DNA from: Bacteroidales bacterium UBA1800 | GTDB lineage: Bacteria; Bacteroidota; Bacteroidia; Bacteroidales; VadinHA17 | Assembly: GCA_002319915.1 (NCBI GenBank) | Contig: DCFQ01000038.1 | Span: 3,370-67,369, forward strand | DNA: 64,000 bases | Reading direction: 5' to 3' | Part shown: piece by piece, positions 18,258 to 27,231 of the stretch | Position numbering within the stretch: position 1 is the stretch's first letter | Layout of the letters: each line of letters starts with the position of its first letter | Notes under the pieces: generated by a model | What the model saw: only the letters and a program-made list of their open reading frames with translations | The model's database searches: none | Told to the model about the DNA's origin: nothing | Program-made: the position numbers and the translations under genes

Positions 18258-19388
18258 ATGAAATTTGTCGTATCAAGCACTGAACTTCTGGGCCACCTTC
18301 AGGCCATCAGCAGGGTTATCAGCTCAAAGAATACTCTTCCCATCCTGGACAATTTCCTGTTCAACCTCGCCGGAAATGACCTCGAGATAACCGCTTCGGA
18401 CCTCGAATCGACGCTTATTACCAGGATGAAGCTTGAGAATGCCGATGGGGATGGTACGATAGCAATACCGGCAAGGATCCTGCTCGAAACCCTCAAAGAG
18501 TTCCCCGTTCAGCCGCTTGCATTTGACATCAATGCAGAAACACTCTCGGTGGTTATCACATCCGAGAATGGGAAATTCAATGTCGTGGGGCAGAATGGCA
18601 TCGATTTTCCTGCACTGCCTGCCATCAAAAAGGACAAAAGGTACTCCTTCGAGATCAGTGCGTCAGTCCTTCTGTCGGGGATCAACAAGACCCTCTTTGC
18701 CACCGCCGACGATGAACTGAGGCCGGTGATGGGCGGTATTTTCGTCGAGGCTTCTCCTGAGAAGATAACCTTTGTGGCATCCGATGCCCACAAGCTTGTA
18801 AGGTATCAGAGGTCTGATGCAAAGGCAGATGACAGCTCTTCATTCATTCTTCCCAAGAAACCAGCTTCCCTTCTGAAGAATATTCTGCCGAAGGAAGAAG
18901 GTTCGGTGACTGTCGAATTCGACGATAAGAATGCCTTTTTCAACCTCACTGACCACAAAATAGTTTGCAGGCTCGTTGAGGGCAATTACCCGAACTACAA
19001 TTCTGTCATCCCGAAAAATAATCCCAGGAAGATCTCCATCGACCGTGTTGAATTCTATAATACCCTCAAAAGAGTTTCGGTATTCTCGAACCAGGCCAGC
19101 AATCTTGTCAAGCTTCAGCTGAAAGGCAACCAGGTGATGGTCTCCGCCCAGGATATCGATTTCTCGATAAGCGCATATGAAAAAATCAAGTGCCAGTATG
19201 CAGGGGAAGATATTGAAATCGGTTTCAAATCAGTCTTCCTTCTGGAGATCCTTGCCAACATATCTTCACAGGATGTCACGATCGAGCTGGCTGATCCCAC
19301 CAGGGCGGGCCTCTTCCTCCCGGGCGACAATGAAAACCAGGAGGAGGACCTTCTGATGCTCCTTATGCCAATGATGATAAACGCCTGA
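18258..19388 (+). CDS. dnaN: DNA polymerase III beta sliding clamp
   Basis: 376 aa with an N-terminal MKFVVSSTELL...ILDNFLF and a three-domain clamp length. The C-terminal end reads LLMPMMINA. Confidence 0.95.
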   Translation: MKFVVSSTELLGHLQAISRVISSKNTLPILDNFLFNLAGNDLEITASDLESTLITRMKLENADGDGTIAIPARILLETLKEFPVQPLAFDINAETLSVVITSENGKFNVVGQNGIDFPALPAIKKDKRYSFEISASVLLSGINKTLFATADDELRPVMGGIFVEASPEKITFVASDAHKLVRYQRSDAKADDSSSFILPKKPASLLKNILPKEEGSVTVEFDDKNAFFNLTDHKIVCRLVEGNYPNYNSVIPKNNPRKISIDRVEFYNTLKRVSVFSNQASNLVKLQLKGNQVMVSAQDIDFSISAYEKIKCQYAGEDIEIGFKSVFLLEILANISSQDVTIELADPTRAGLFLPGDNENQEEDLLMLLMPMMINA

Positions 19389-19391
19389 TAA

Positions 19392-20171
19392 TTGGAACTT
19401 AAACTTCGGCGGCCAATAGCTTTCCTGGATATCGAAACAACCGGTATAAATGTTTCGACCGACCGGATTGTCGAGATATCCGTCCTTAAGATCAGCCCCA
19501 GCGGAAAGGAAGAATGGCTGGTATCCAGGGTGAATCCCGACATGCCGATCCCTCCCAAATCTACTGCCATCCATGGCATCACTGACCAGGATATTGAGAA
19601 AGCTCCAAGATTCAAGGAAATCGCGAAAAGACTCGGGGCATTTCTCGAAGGTTGCGATCTTGCAGGCTACAATGCCATAAAATTCGATATTCCCGTCCTG
19701 GCTGAGGAGTTCCTCAGGGTGAACATCGATTTTAATTTCAGGAAAAGAAGGTATATAGATGTCCAGGTCATTTTTCACAAGAAGGAACAAAGGACCCTTT
19801 CTGCGGCCTACCAGTTCTATTGCAACAAGAATCTTGAAAATGCCCACAGTTCAAAAGCCGACACTTCTGCAACATTTGAGGTCCTGAAGGCCCAGCTCGA
19901 CAGGTATGCCGACCTTGAAAACGATATCGAAAAGCTTGCCGACTACAGCGCGTTCAATAATATCGCCGATTTCGCCGGAAGGATTATTTTTGATGAGAAC
20001 GGCGTGGAGGTCTTCAATTTTGGAAAGCACAAGGGGAAATCCGTGGAGCTTGTCCTGAATGAGGAACCGGCCTACTATGCCTGGATGATGAACGGAGACT
20101 TCCCTCTCTACACCAAAAAGGTGCTTACTGAGATCAAGCTCAGGTTGTTTGGCCAGGCAAATAAGGGATGA
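19392..20171 (+). CDS. DnaQ-like 3'-5' exonuclease
   Basis: 259 aa with Exo I (FLDIETTG), Exo II (AGYNAIKFDIPVL) and Exo III (HSSKAD) motifs. It has an apparent TTG start with no in-frame ATG nearby. Confidence 0.8.
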   Translation: MELKLRRPIAFLDIETTGINVSTDRIVEISVLKISPSGKEEWLVSRVNPDMPIPPKSTAIHGITDQDIEKAPRFKEIAKRLGAFLEGCDLAGYNAIKFDIPVLAEEFLRVNIDFNFRKRRYIDVQVIFHKKEQRTLSAAYQFYCNKNLENAHSSKADTSATFEVLKAQLDRYADLENDIEKLADYSAFNNIADFAGRIIFDENGVEVFNFGKHKGKSVELVLNEEPAYYAWMMNGDFPLYTKKVLTEIKLRLFGQANKG

Positions 20172-20779
20172 AAATAATCTGCATAGGGCTCAATTACAGG
20201 AAGCATGCCGCTGAACTGGGTCGTCCGCTGCCTGTCTCGCCGGTTGTCTTCCTCAAGCCTGATTCATGTATCCTGAAGAACAACAAGCCATTTTTTCTGC
20301 CCGATTTTTCTGAAGATATACAATACGAAATAGAGGTAGTGGTTAAGATCACCAGGCTGGGAAAAGGAATTGAACCCGGATTTGCATCAAGATACTATGG
20401 TGAGCTGACAGTAGGGATAGATATAACGGCAAGGGACATCCAGAATCGCATGTCGGACGCAAGGCTCCCCTGGGAGCTTTCCAAATGCTTCGACGGGGCA
20501 GCCCCTCTCGGAAAGTTCATCCCGCTCACATCAGTCAAGAATATTGATGATCTGAATTTCAGGCTCGATATTAACGGGAAAACCGTTCAGTCAGGGAATA
20601 CGTCTGATATGGTATTCAGTACCAATAAAATAGTGTCGTTTGTGTCCCGCTATTTCACGCTTAAGACCGGGGATCTTATCTTCACCGGAACCCCTCCGGG
20701 AGTAGGGCCCCTAAGGAGAAACGACCACCTGGAAGGTTACCTGGAGGACCAGCAGCTGCTGGATTTCAGGATAAAATGA
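20168..20779 (+). CDS. fumarylacetoacetate hydrolase (FAH) family protein
   Basis: 203 aa starting MKIICIGLNY, with a C-terminal GDLIFTGTPPGVG motif. An ATGA overlap links it to the upstream gene. Confidence 0.85.
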   Translation: MKIICIGLNYRKHAAELGRPLPVSPVVFLKPDSCILKNNKPFFLPDFSEDIQYEIEVVVKITRLGKGIEPGFASRYYGELTVGIDITARDIQNRMSDARLPWELSKCFDGAAPLGKFIPLTSVKNIDDLNFRLDINGKTVQSGNTSDMVFSTNKIVSFVSRYFTLKTGDLIFTGTPPGVGPLRRNDHLEGYLEDQQLLDFRIK

Positions 20780-20785
20780 ATTCCA

Positions 20786-20834
20786 CTCATCTCCTCCGTG
20801 CCTCTCAGTGTCTCCTCCGTGCTCTCCGTGTAAG
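20786..20834. repeat. CGGAG/CTCCGTG word-repeat element
   Basis: It consists of four approximately 10-nt words: CTCCTCCGTG, CCTCTCAGTG, TCTCCTCCGTG and CTCTCCGTG, followed by TAAG. Its reverse complement matches the reverse complement of 48811-48880 at 28/30 positions from TTACAC onward. Confidence 0.85.
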
Positions 20835-20845
20835 TTTTTAGGGAT

Positions 20846-23050
20846 TCAATTGAACCAGTACGACAACTTGAACACCAGTCCCCTGTTCTTCACCTTGTAA
20901 TTTCCGGGATAGGAATTCTCGGTATAGACGATGAACAGGTCGGAAACCGGTGCAAACCGCCACTGGAACCTGAAGTTCAGGTTAAGGTTGTCGATCTGGT
21001 TATTATACTGGATGAAGCTGGTAAAGAAGAGCTTATCGGTGAAGGTAAAGTCAAATTTCGGGCCGAAGAGGAAGAGCCTGGCGCTCTTATACGGGGCCGG
21101 AAGAACAATGTCGTTATATGTAGTGATCAGTGAGAGGCTGCCGTAAGGCTGAACCCGGTAATACAGCTCGCCGTTCAGCATGAGGCGCGTTCCGTTATAG
21201 TATCCGCCGTACCTCCCGGTGATCACAAAGTTCAGCAGCTTCCGGGTATCTGAGGTGAACGTGATCCCGGTCTCGTTCCAGTGAAAATAATCGGCAGAAT
21301 CCAGCTTAAGGCCGCCGGTATTTGTCGGATCATAAGGAGAAAGAAGCTTTATGTATGTGTCTTTGACATCTACGGTAAGGGTGCTCTTATTTAGCCACTC
21401 CACGTAATAAAGGAGCTGGGCGTCGCGGTCGGTCAGCGAGAAGTTCGCCTGGTCAAAGTATGTGTCAAACTTGACAGCCGGTCCATGATTTGCGATCTTG
21501 CTGCCTTTCGGGTACATCCTGTACTGGAAGGTGGGGTTCACTTCATAATAGTCTTTCCTCCTGATGTATCCTGTCTCAGCGTTGTAGTCGGATCCGATCA
21601 GCGACTGGTTTAGTGTTGCCAGGATGAACTGCGAGGAATAAGTTAGGCTTGCGGAAAGCGCTGCATCCTTGAAGTCCATGTCCCTGTGAAGGTTCTGGTG
21701 GTAGAAAGCTTTTCCCATCCACCTGTTGTCGGGGCTTGACAGGTTGTATTCCAACCCCGCGATCCGGTTGAACCTTTTGCCCGTGAAGGTTGAATCATCA
21801 GCATTGTTCAGCACCTGTTTGTTCACCAGAAAGCCGGTAATATTCGACCTGCTGAATACCTGTTTCTGGATTGCGGTGACCATGAAGTTTGCTGCAGGGG
21901 CATTTTTTGTATCATTCGTAATGGGATCAACTGACAGCTTGCTTCCTGTCTGGATATCCATGACGCCGATCCTCCATTTGTTGGCAAGCTTGCCGCTAAG
22001 GCGGGCCCCTGCGATCACCGGGTTGTCGAGCCCGATGCGTCTTGAAAAGAACGGCCTCACGTTATCGCTCCCGAGATTTGCGAACAGGTCGGAATTCTCA
22101 AGATAGAACTGCCTCATCTCGGGGAAGAAAAGCTCAAAGCGGTCGAGGTTTGTCTGCTGCCTGTCGACTTCCACCTGCGAATAATCAGGATTGACTGTAA
22201 GATCGAGGTTGAGGGAGGTTGAAAGTATAGCTTTGGCATCGATTCCCGCAGTCATTTTATATTTCATGCTCTCCCCGGTTTCCCTGTTCTGGGTGGCTTT
22301 CCCGGAAACGTATGGGATGAGCGAAAATCTCAATCCTGAAGGAGGCAGCGGCTTATCCCACACCAGGGCTCCCTCATAGGCCAGGGTTGCGGTTGCGAAC
22401 TGGCGGGGCATTGGCGCCCAGCTCGATTTTTCACTCGTTTTCAGGTCCTGCCTGCTGAAGTTAATTCCCCATTCCTGTGCTCCCCCATTATATCTCAGGC
22501 TTCTGAATGGAATCGCAAATTCGGCCACCCACCTGTCCGGGTAACTTTTCACTGCTGACCGCCATTTTATGTCCCAATTGAGGTTCACTGTCCCCCCGTT
22601 GGCCTGAACGCCGTCCCACTGTGCCCCGGCTGCCGAAACGCCAAAGGCGAAGCCGTTGGTCTGGTCATTAAACGTATCAATGAAGGTTATGTAGTTATCA
22701 TTTTTCATGAAATTGAAATCCCTGCGGAGCGATTCCACCGGCCGCTTCCCCAGGGTCGGATCATGGCAGATGATGCCCATGTAAAGCGTTGTGGGAGTGT
22801 AGGTCAGCCTTACTTCGGTTTGGGCCGCCGCATACCCGGTATCAGTCGGGAGAACTCTCTGAAGGCGGGTGGCAGACTCGCTTTCATCCCATGCCTTTTC
22901 ATCGAGCACTCCGTCAATATTGATCTTTTCCGAAGTCTCCTTTATATGGATCCTGTACTTTTCCCGGTTTACTCCCCTCACCTGGCTATATGAATTCACG
23001 GTCCCCAGGAACAGGATCACGGGAACAAGAAGGATTAAATACCTCGGCAT
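20846..23050 (-). CDS. exported CBM9-like / DUF5916-like outer-membrane protein
   Basis: 734 aa with a signal peptide, an N-terminal IDGVLDEKAWDES carbohydrate-binding-like module, a beta-rich C-terminal part and a terminal aromatic end (YWFN). Confidence 0.55.
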   Translation of the reverse strand: MPRYLILLVPVILFLGTVNSYSQVRGVNREKYRIHIKETSEKINIDGVLDEKAWDESESATRLQRVLPTDTGYAAAQTEVRLTYTPTTLYMGIICHDPTLGKRPVESLRRDFNFMKNDNYITFIDTFNDQTNGFAFGVSAAGAQWDGVQANGGTVNLNWDIKWRSAVKSYPDRWVAEFAIPFRSLRYNGGAQEWGINFSRQDLKTSEKSSWAPMPRQFATATLAYEGALVWDKPLPPSGLRFSLIPYVSGKATQNRETGESMKYKMTAGIDAKAILSTSLNLDLTVNPDYSQVEVDRQQTNLDRFELFFPEMRQFYLENSDLFANLGSDNVRPFFSRRIGLDNPVIAGARLSGKLANKWRIGVMDIQTGSKLSVDPITNDTKNAPAANFMVTAIQKQVFSRSNITGFLVNKQVLNNADDSTFTGKRFNRIAGLEYNLSSPDNRWMGKAFYHQNLHRDMDFKDAALSASLTYSSQFILATLNQSLIGSDYNAETGYIRRKDYYEVNPTFQYRMYPKGSKIANHGPAVKFDTYFDQANFSLTDRDAQLLYYVEWLNKSTLTVDVKDTYIKLLSPYDPTNTGGLKLDSADYFHWNETGITFTSDTRKLLNFVITGRYGGYYNGTRLMLNGELYYRVQPYGSLSLITTYNDIVLPAPYKSARLFLFGPKFDFTFTDKLFFTSFIQYNNQIDNLNLNFRFQWRFAPVSDLFIVYTENSYPGNYKVKNRGLVFKLSYWFN

Positions 23051-23202
23051 TGCTGATAAAATTTGCCGAATATAAAGAATTGTATTGTTAAAATATTAAC
23101 AGTACAGGCATGAACATAAAATTTAAGGATTTTTAAGAACCTTATTAAAATCCGGAATATCTTCATTACATTAACATCCGGGGCCAACAATGAATTTTTG
23201 CC

Positions 23203-23937
23203 ATGAATATCTCGATCTCTCACGACAGCAGCGAACTCGGAAGCCAGGCTGCAGGCTTCATCTCCCGCAAGCTCGGCCAGGTCATAAGTGAGAAGGGCGG
23301 AGCACGTATAGTCGTTTCAACGGGCGCTTCACAATTTGACCTGTTCAGCTCACTGACCAAATGCGATACCGACTGGACAAAAGTCGAGGTTTTTCACCTC
23401 GATGAATATATTGGTATTCCGGAAACACATCCCGCGAGTTTCAGGAAATACCTCAGGGAACGCTTCATCAGCCACCTTCCGGTAAAGAAATTTCACAGCA
23501 TCGATGTTGAGGGTGATATTGGCGAAGTGATCTCCCGGCTTACTGCCGAAGTGCGGAAATCGCCGCCCGATCTTGGCATTATCGGAATTGGCGTGAACGG
23601 TCATATTGCTTTCAACGATCCGCCGGCTGACTTTTCATCGCGGGAGGCTTTCAGTGTTGTATCGCTCGATGAGATATGCCGGATGCAGCAGGTGGGAGAG
23701 GGGTGGTTCGGTGGGCTTGAGGAGGTCCCAACACGGGCAGTTTCGATGACGGTTTACCAGATAATGCAGTGCAGGACAATCGTTTCGTGTGTACCTCATG
23801 CCGTCAAGGCTGATGCGGTCTATAGGACATTCACAAACGGGCTCACAAATCTGGTTCCGGCAACCATGCTGAAGCAGCATCCTGATTTTCATCTTTACCT
23901 GGATAAAAACTCAGCTTCGGGGATTATTGTCCTGTGA
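23203..23937 (+). CDS. nagB: glucosamine-6-phosphate deaminase / 6-phosphogluconolactonase family protein
   Basis: 244 aa with a VSTGASQ motif, HLDEYIG and GIGVNGHIAFNDP motifs of the NagB/Pgl fold. It lies directly upstream of nagA. Confidence 0.75.
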   Translation: MNISISHDSSELGSQAAGFISRKLGQVISEKGGARIVVSTGASQFDLFSSLTKCDTDWTKVEVFHLDEYIGIPETHPASFRKYLRERFISHLPVKKFHSIDVEGDIGEVISRLTAEVRKSPPDLGIIGIGVNGHIAFNDPPADFSSREAFSVVSLDEICRMQQVGEGWFGGLEEVPTRAVSMTVYQIMQCRTIVSCVPHAVKADAVYRTFTNGLTNLVPATMLKQHPDFHLYLDKNSASGIIVL

Positions 23938-23962
23938 ATTCCGGACTCTAAAACTGTCAAAA

Positions 23963-25111
23963 ATGAATAGCAAGGTATCTGTCAGGGGAATCCATTATGA
24001 GACCGGCAGGCCGGTCGAAGTCTTCATCGCTGACGGCGTTATTTCAGCAATTCAAGAGATCCAGGCTACCGGGCCGGGCGCAGGCGAAATGTATATCGCG
24101 CCGGGACTGGTCGATAACCAGATCAACGGGTACAACGGTGTTGACTTTTCAGCGACAGGTCTCACTGCTGCTGACATGCTTAAAGCTGTAAAAGCCATTC
24201 AAAGGGACGGGGTAACTACATTCCACCCGACAATACTTACCAACAGCGATGAAAACCTGATCAGGATCCTCAGCAATCATGCCAGATTCCTTGAGAACGC
24301 TGAAATTAGCGAGTCTGTGCCGGGATTTCATCTCGAAGGACCATATTTATCCCCGGTGAAGGGATTCTTTGGCTGTCACCCGGAGCAATTCCTCAGGAAC
24401 CCCTCCTGGGATGAATTTGAGAGATACCAGGACGCGGCAAATGGCAGGATCAGGATCATTACCCTCAGCCCGGAGCTGGATGGTGCAATGGAATTTATCC
24501 GGAAATGCGTGGAGCACAATATTCTGGTCTCGATAGGCCATTCAAACGCTTCCGCAGAACAGATCCGTCTTGCTGCAGGGAATGGCGCGTATCTTTCCAC
24601 GCATCTCGGGAACGGCTGCGCGAACCTTATCGACCGGCATCTCAACCCCATCTGGCCCCAGCTGGCAAACGACCTGATCACACCATCCATAATTGCTGAT
24701 GGCCACCACCTTACTCCCGAAGAAATGAAGGTTTTTTACCGGGTCAAGGGACCTGACAACATGATCCTTATTTCCGATGTTACGCACCTGATCGGGATGC
24801 CGGCAGGCCGGTACACCTATATGGGGAATGAGGTTGTCTATACTGAGGACGGGCTGATAAAGAACCCGGTGCTTAATGTCCTTGCAGGCGCTTCATTTCC
24901 CCTGAGCAGGGGAATCGGCAATATGATGAGATCTGCAGGATGCAGCCTTTGGCAGGCAATAAACCTTGCATCCAGGAACGTTTCAGATGCCTGCCACCTG
25001 CCGGATGTTGGTACGATGGCCCCTGGGAAGCGGGCCGACCTTATTCTATTTAAGCTTAAGAACGACGCTATGGTTGTCCGGCAGACCTGGGTCAGGGGAA
25101 GGAAATTGTAA
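23963..25111 (+). CDS. nagA: N-acetylglucosamine-6-phosphate deacetylase
   Basis: Amidohydrolase fold with GFHLEGPYLS and SIGHSNAS motifs. I prefer the ATG at 23963 over the TTG at 23927. Confidence 0.85.
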   Translation: MNSKVSVRGIHYETGRPVEVFIADGVISAIQEIQATGPGAGEMYIAPGLVDNQINGYNGVDFSATGLTAADMLKAVKAIQRDGVTTFHPTILTNSDENLIRILSNHARFLENAEISESVPGFHLEGPYLSPVKGFFGCHPEQFLRNPSWDEFERYQDAANGRIRIITLSPELDGAMEFIRKCVEHNILVSIGHSNASAEQIRLAAGNGAYLSTHLGNGCANLIDRHLNPIWPQLANDLITPSIIADGHHLTPEEMKVFYRVKGPDNMILISDVTHLIGMPAGRYTYMGNEVVYTEDGLIKNPVLNVLAGASFPLSRGIGNMMRSAGCSLWQAINLASRNVSDACHLPDVGTMAPGKRADLILFKLKNDAMVVRQTWVRGRKL

Positions 25112-25209
25112 GAACCTGGACGATCGAGATCCGGCTCACTGTTCCTTGCCAGTGACCTCCCGATAACATTCTTTAACTAACTATTTTGAATTGGTATTAC
25201 AATTTATAA

Positions 25210-25217
25210 TAAATTTG
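25210..25217 (+). promoter_or_regulatory. candidate Bacteroidota -7 promoter box (TAAATTTG) for tatA
   Basis: The sequence matches TAnnTTTG and lies 22 nt upstream of the tatA ATG at 25240. Confidence 0.35.
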
Positions 25218-25239
25218 AGGGAAATTTAAAATTGGAAAA

Positions 25240-25431
25240 ATGGGAAATCTAGGTGCCACTGAGATAATACTGATCATTCTTGTAATTGTACTTTTATTCG
25301 GCGGTCGCAAAATTCCTGAACTCATGAAGGGAATTGGCCAGGGAATGAAGGAGTTCAAGAAAGCCTCGAGGGTGGAGGATGACAACACCTCGGTAAAGCC
25401 TGAAGCAAAGGAAGATCCAAAGAAGGAATAA
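25240..25431 (+). CDS. tatA: twin-arginine translocase subunit TatA/E
   Basis: 63 aa with a single TM helix followed by FGGRKIPELMKGIGQGMKEFKKA, the typical TatA hinge and amphipathic helix. Confidence 0.9.
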   Translation: MGNLGATEIILIILVIVLLFGGRKIPELMKGIGQGMKEFKKASRVEDDNTSVKPEAKEDPKKE

Positions 25432-25474
25432 TCTCCTTTAGTTAAGGTCAGACGGCATTTCAGTATTTTATCAA

Positions 25475-27073
25475 TCAGTCAGTAGGCAGGAAGCCGGGTG
25501 CTTTTCTGTGCTTTGTTCCCTGTTCGTAGCTAAATGCTATCTCAAGCAGCAACGGTTCACTCCATGCCCTTCCAAAGAACGTGATGTCGACGGGCAGCTC
25601 TTCGATGAAGCCCATCGGGAGAGCGATTGCCGGGTATCCGGATATTGCTGCCAGTGATGAACTTCCGCCGAGGTAATGGTCGCCGAGGATCAGGTCGGTC
25701 TTCCAGGCAGGTGAGCCTGTCGGCGCCATCAGGGCATCGAGGCGATTCTCATCCATGATCCTGTCAATTCCCTCCTCGCGGGTAGCCTTGAGCATTGTCC
25801 CGAGGTCCTTTTTGTATTCGGGCGAATTTAGGTCCCCCTTCCTGTCGGCCATCTCAAGTATTTTCTGGTCGAAAAATTTCAGCTCGACGGTATCGGTAAG
25901 ATTGAATTTTATCAGGTCGCTGATGTTCCTGACAGGTGTGCCCGGGCCCAGGCCGGCAAAATACCTGTTCAGACCATCCTTGAATTCATACAGCATGACA
26001 TCGAAGGAAGCAGCCTCATAACCAGAGCTGTTTGGTGCAGAGACTTCAATCACCTCCGCTCCCAGGCTTCTGATCGATCTTATGGCCTGCCTGGTCAGTG
26101 TGTCGACCTTTTCCATAAAATCGGACGAACCTTTTATGAAACCGATCCTCTTTCCTTTTAAACCGCCGGGGTTGAGCGACCTGGTGTAATCGGTAAGGTA
26201 TTTGCCCTCCGATCCGGCTGTCTTCGGAACGGCGGGATCGGTGCCGGTAAGCGCCCCAAGGCAGATAGCGACGTCCTCCACCGTTCTACCCATGGGCCCG
26301 GGGGTATCCTGGGTGAACGAAATGGGAATTATGCCGCTCCTGCTGATCAGCCCTACTGTCGGTTTCAGGCCCACTATGCCGTTGTTATTCGACGGACAGA
26401 CGATCGATCCGTTGGTTTCGGTGCCAATTGCCAGAATGCAGAGGTTTGCCGACACTGCCACGCCCGATCCCGAGCTCGAGCCGCAGGGATTCCTGTCGAG
26501 AACATAAGGATTCCTTGTGAGCCCACCGACTCCGCTCCAACCGCTTGTGGATGCCATCGATCTGAAGTTGGCCCATTCGCTGAGATTCGATTTGCCGAGT
26601 ATAACTGCCCCCGCCTGTCTGAGCTTCGCTGCAACAGGGCTGTCTGATGCGGGGAATGAATTCCTGAGGACCGTTGCCCCCGCAGTGTTGGGCATCTTGT
26701 CATGAGTAGAGATATTGTCCTTCAGGATCACCGGGATCCCGAAAAGCGGGCCGGTCTGCCTCCCGTCAGCCAGGACTATATCGAGACTGTCAGCGATCTT
26801 CAGGGCATCCGGGTTAACTGTGATCACCGAATTCAGCGATGGTCCCGATTTGTCGATTTCATTGATCCTGTCGAGATAGGCCGAAACTACATCCCTTACA
26901 GTGAATTTCTTGTTTTTGTAACCTTCATGCAGATCCCTTACCGTCGTCTCTTCCAGCCATTTATTATCTCTTTGGGCTGTGCCTGACTTTTTTGTCACTC
27001 CGGGCTTGCACCCTTGCATGACAGCAGGCAGTAACATGACTGCCAATAGCAGAATTTTAAGTGTTGTCCTCAT
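25475..27073 (-). CDS. exported amidase (amidase-signature family), probable lipoprotein
   Basis: 532 aa with a signal peptide containing Cys (VMQGC) and the amidase signature GSSSGSGVAV. Confidence 0.85.
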   Translation of the reverse strand: MRTTLKILLLAVMLLPAVMQGCKPGVTKKSGTAQRDNKWLEETTVRDLHEGYKNKKFTVRDVVSAYLDRINEIDKSGPSLNSVITVNPDALKIADSLDIVLADGRQTGPLFGIPVILKDNISTHDKMPNTAGATVLRNSFPASDSPVAAKLRQAGAVILGKSNLSEWANFRSMASTSGWSGVGGLTRNPYVLDRNPCGSSSGSGVAVSANLCILAIGTETNGSIVCPSNNNGIVGLKPTVGLISRSGIIPISFTQDTPGPMGRTVEDVAICLGALTGTDPAVPKTAGSEGKYLTDYTRSLNPGGLKGKRIGFIKGSSDFMEKVDTLTRQAIRSIRSLGAEVIEVSAPNSSGYEAASFDVMLYEFKDGLNRYFAGLGPGTPVRNISDLIKFNLTDTVELKFFDQKILEMADRKGDLNSPEYKKDLGTMLKATREEGIDRIMDENRLDALMAPTGSPAWKTDLILGDHYLGGSSSLAAISGYPAIALPMGFIEELPVDITFFGRAWSEPLLLEIAFSYEQGTKHRKAPGFLPTD

Positions 27074-27197
27074 ATTATTTGTGTTTTCCTGTTATTTAAA
27101 CTCGTATTTTTTGACAAAATCCATTAGTGATTGTCTTAAGGTTAAGTGCAAATCTTAAGCTGGTCCCTAATTTTTAAAGTCATTCTTCTGGTTTGAA

Positions 27198-27205
27198 TAT
27201 ATTTG
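27198..27205 (+). promoter_or_regulatory. candidate Bacteroidota -7 promoter box (TATATTTG) for the xdhC operon
   Basis: The sequence matches TAnnTTTG and lies 27 nt upstream of the ATG at 27232, in an AT-rich divergent spacer. Confidence 0.3.
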
Positions 27206-27231
27206 TTTAAATTTCAACAATAAATAGCATA

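Noticed and set aside
27074-27231. A possible Moco riboswitch upstream of the xdhC operon, and other riboswitches or leaders in the long 5' spacers (4141-4412, 35380-35565).
   Set aside because: The spacer is AT-rich and I could not recognise any conserved Moco-riboswitch helices. The other spacers show no convincing conserved structure by eye. A covariance-model scan (Rfam/Infernal) would be needed to exclude them properly.
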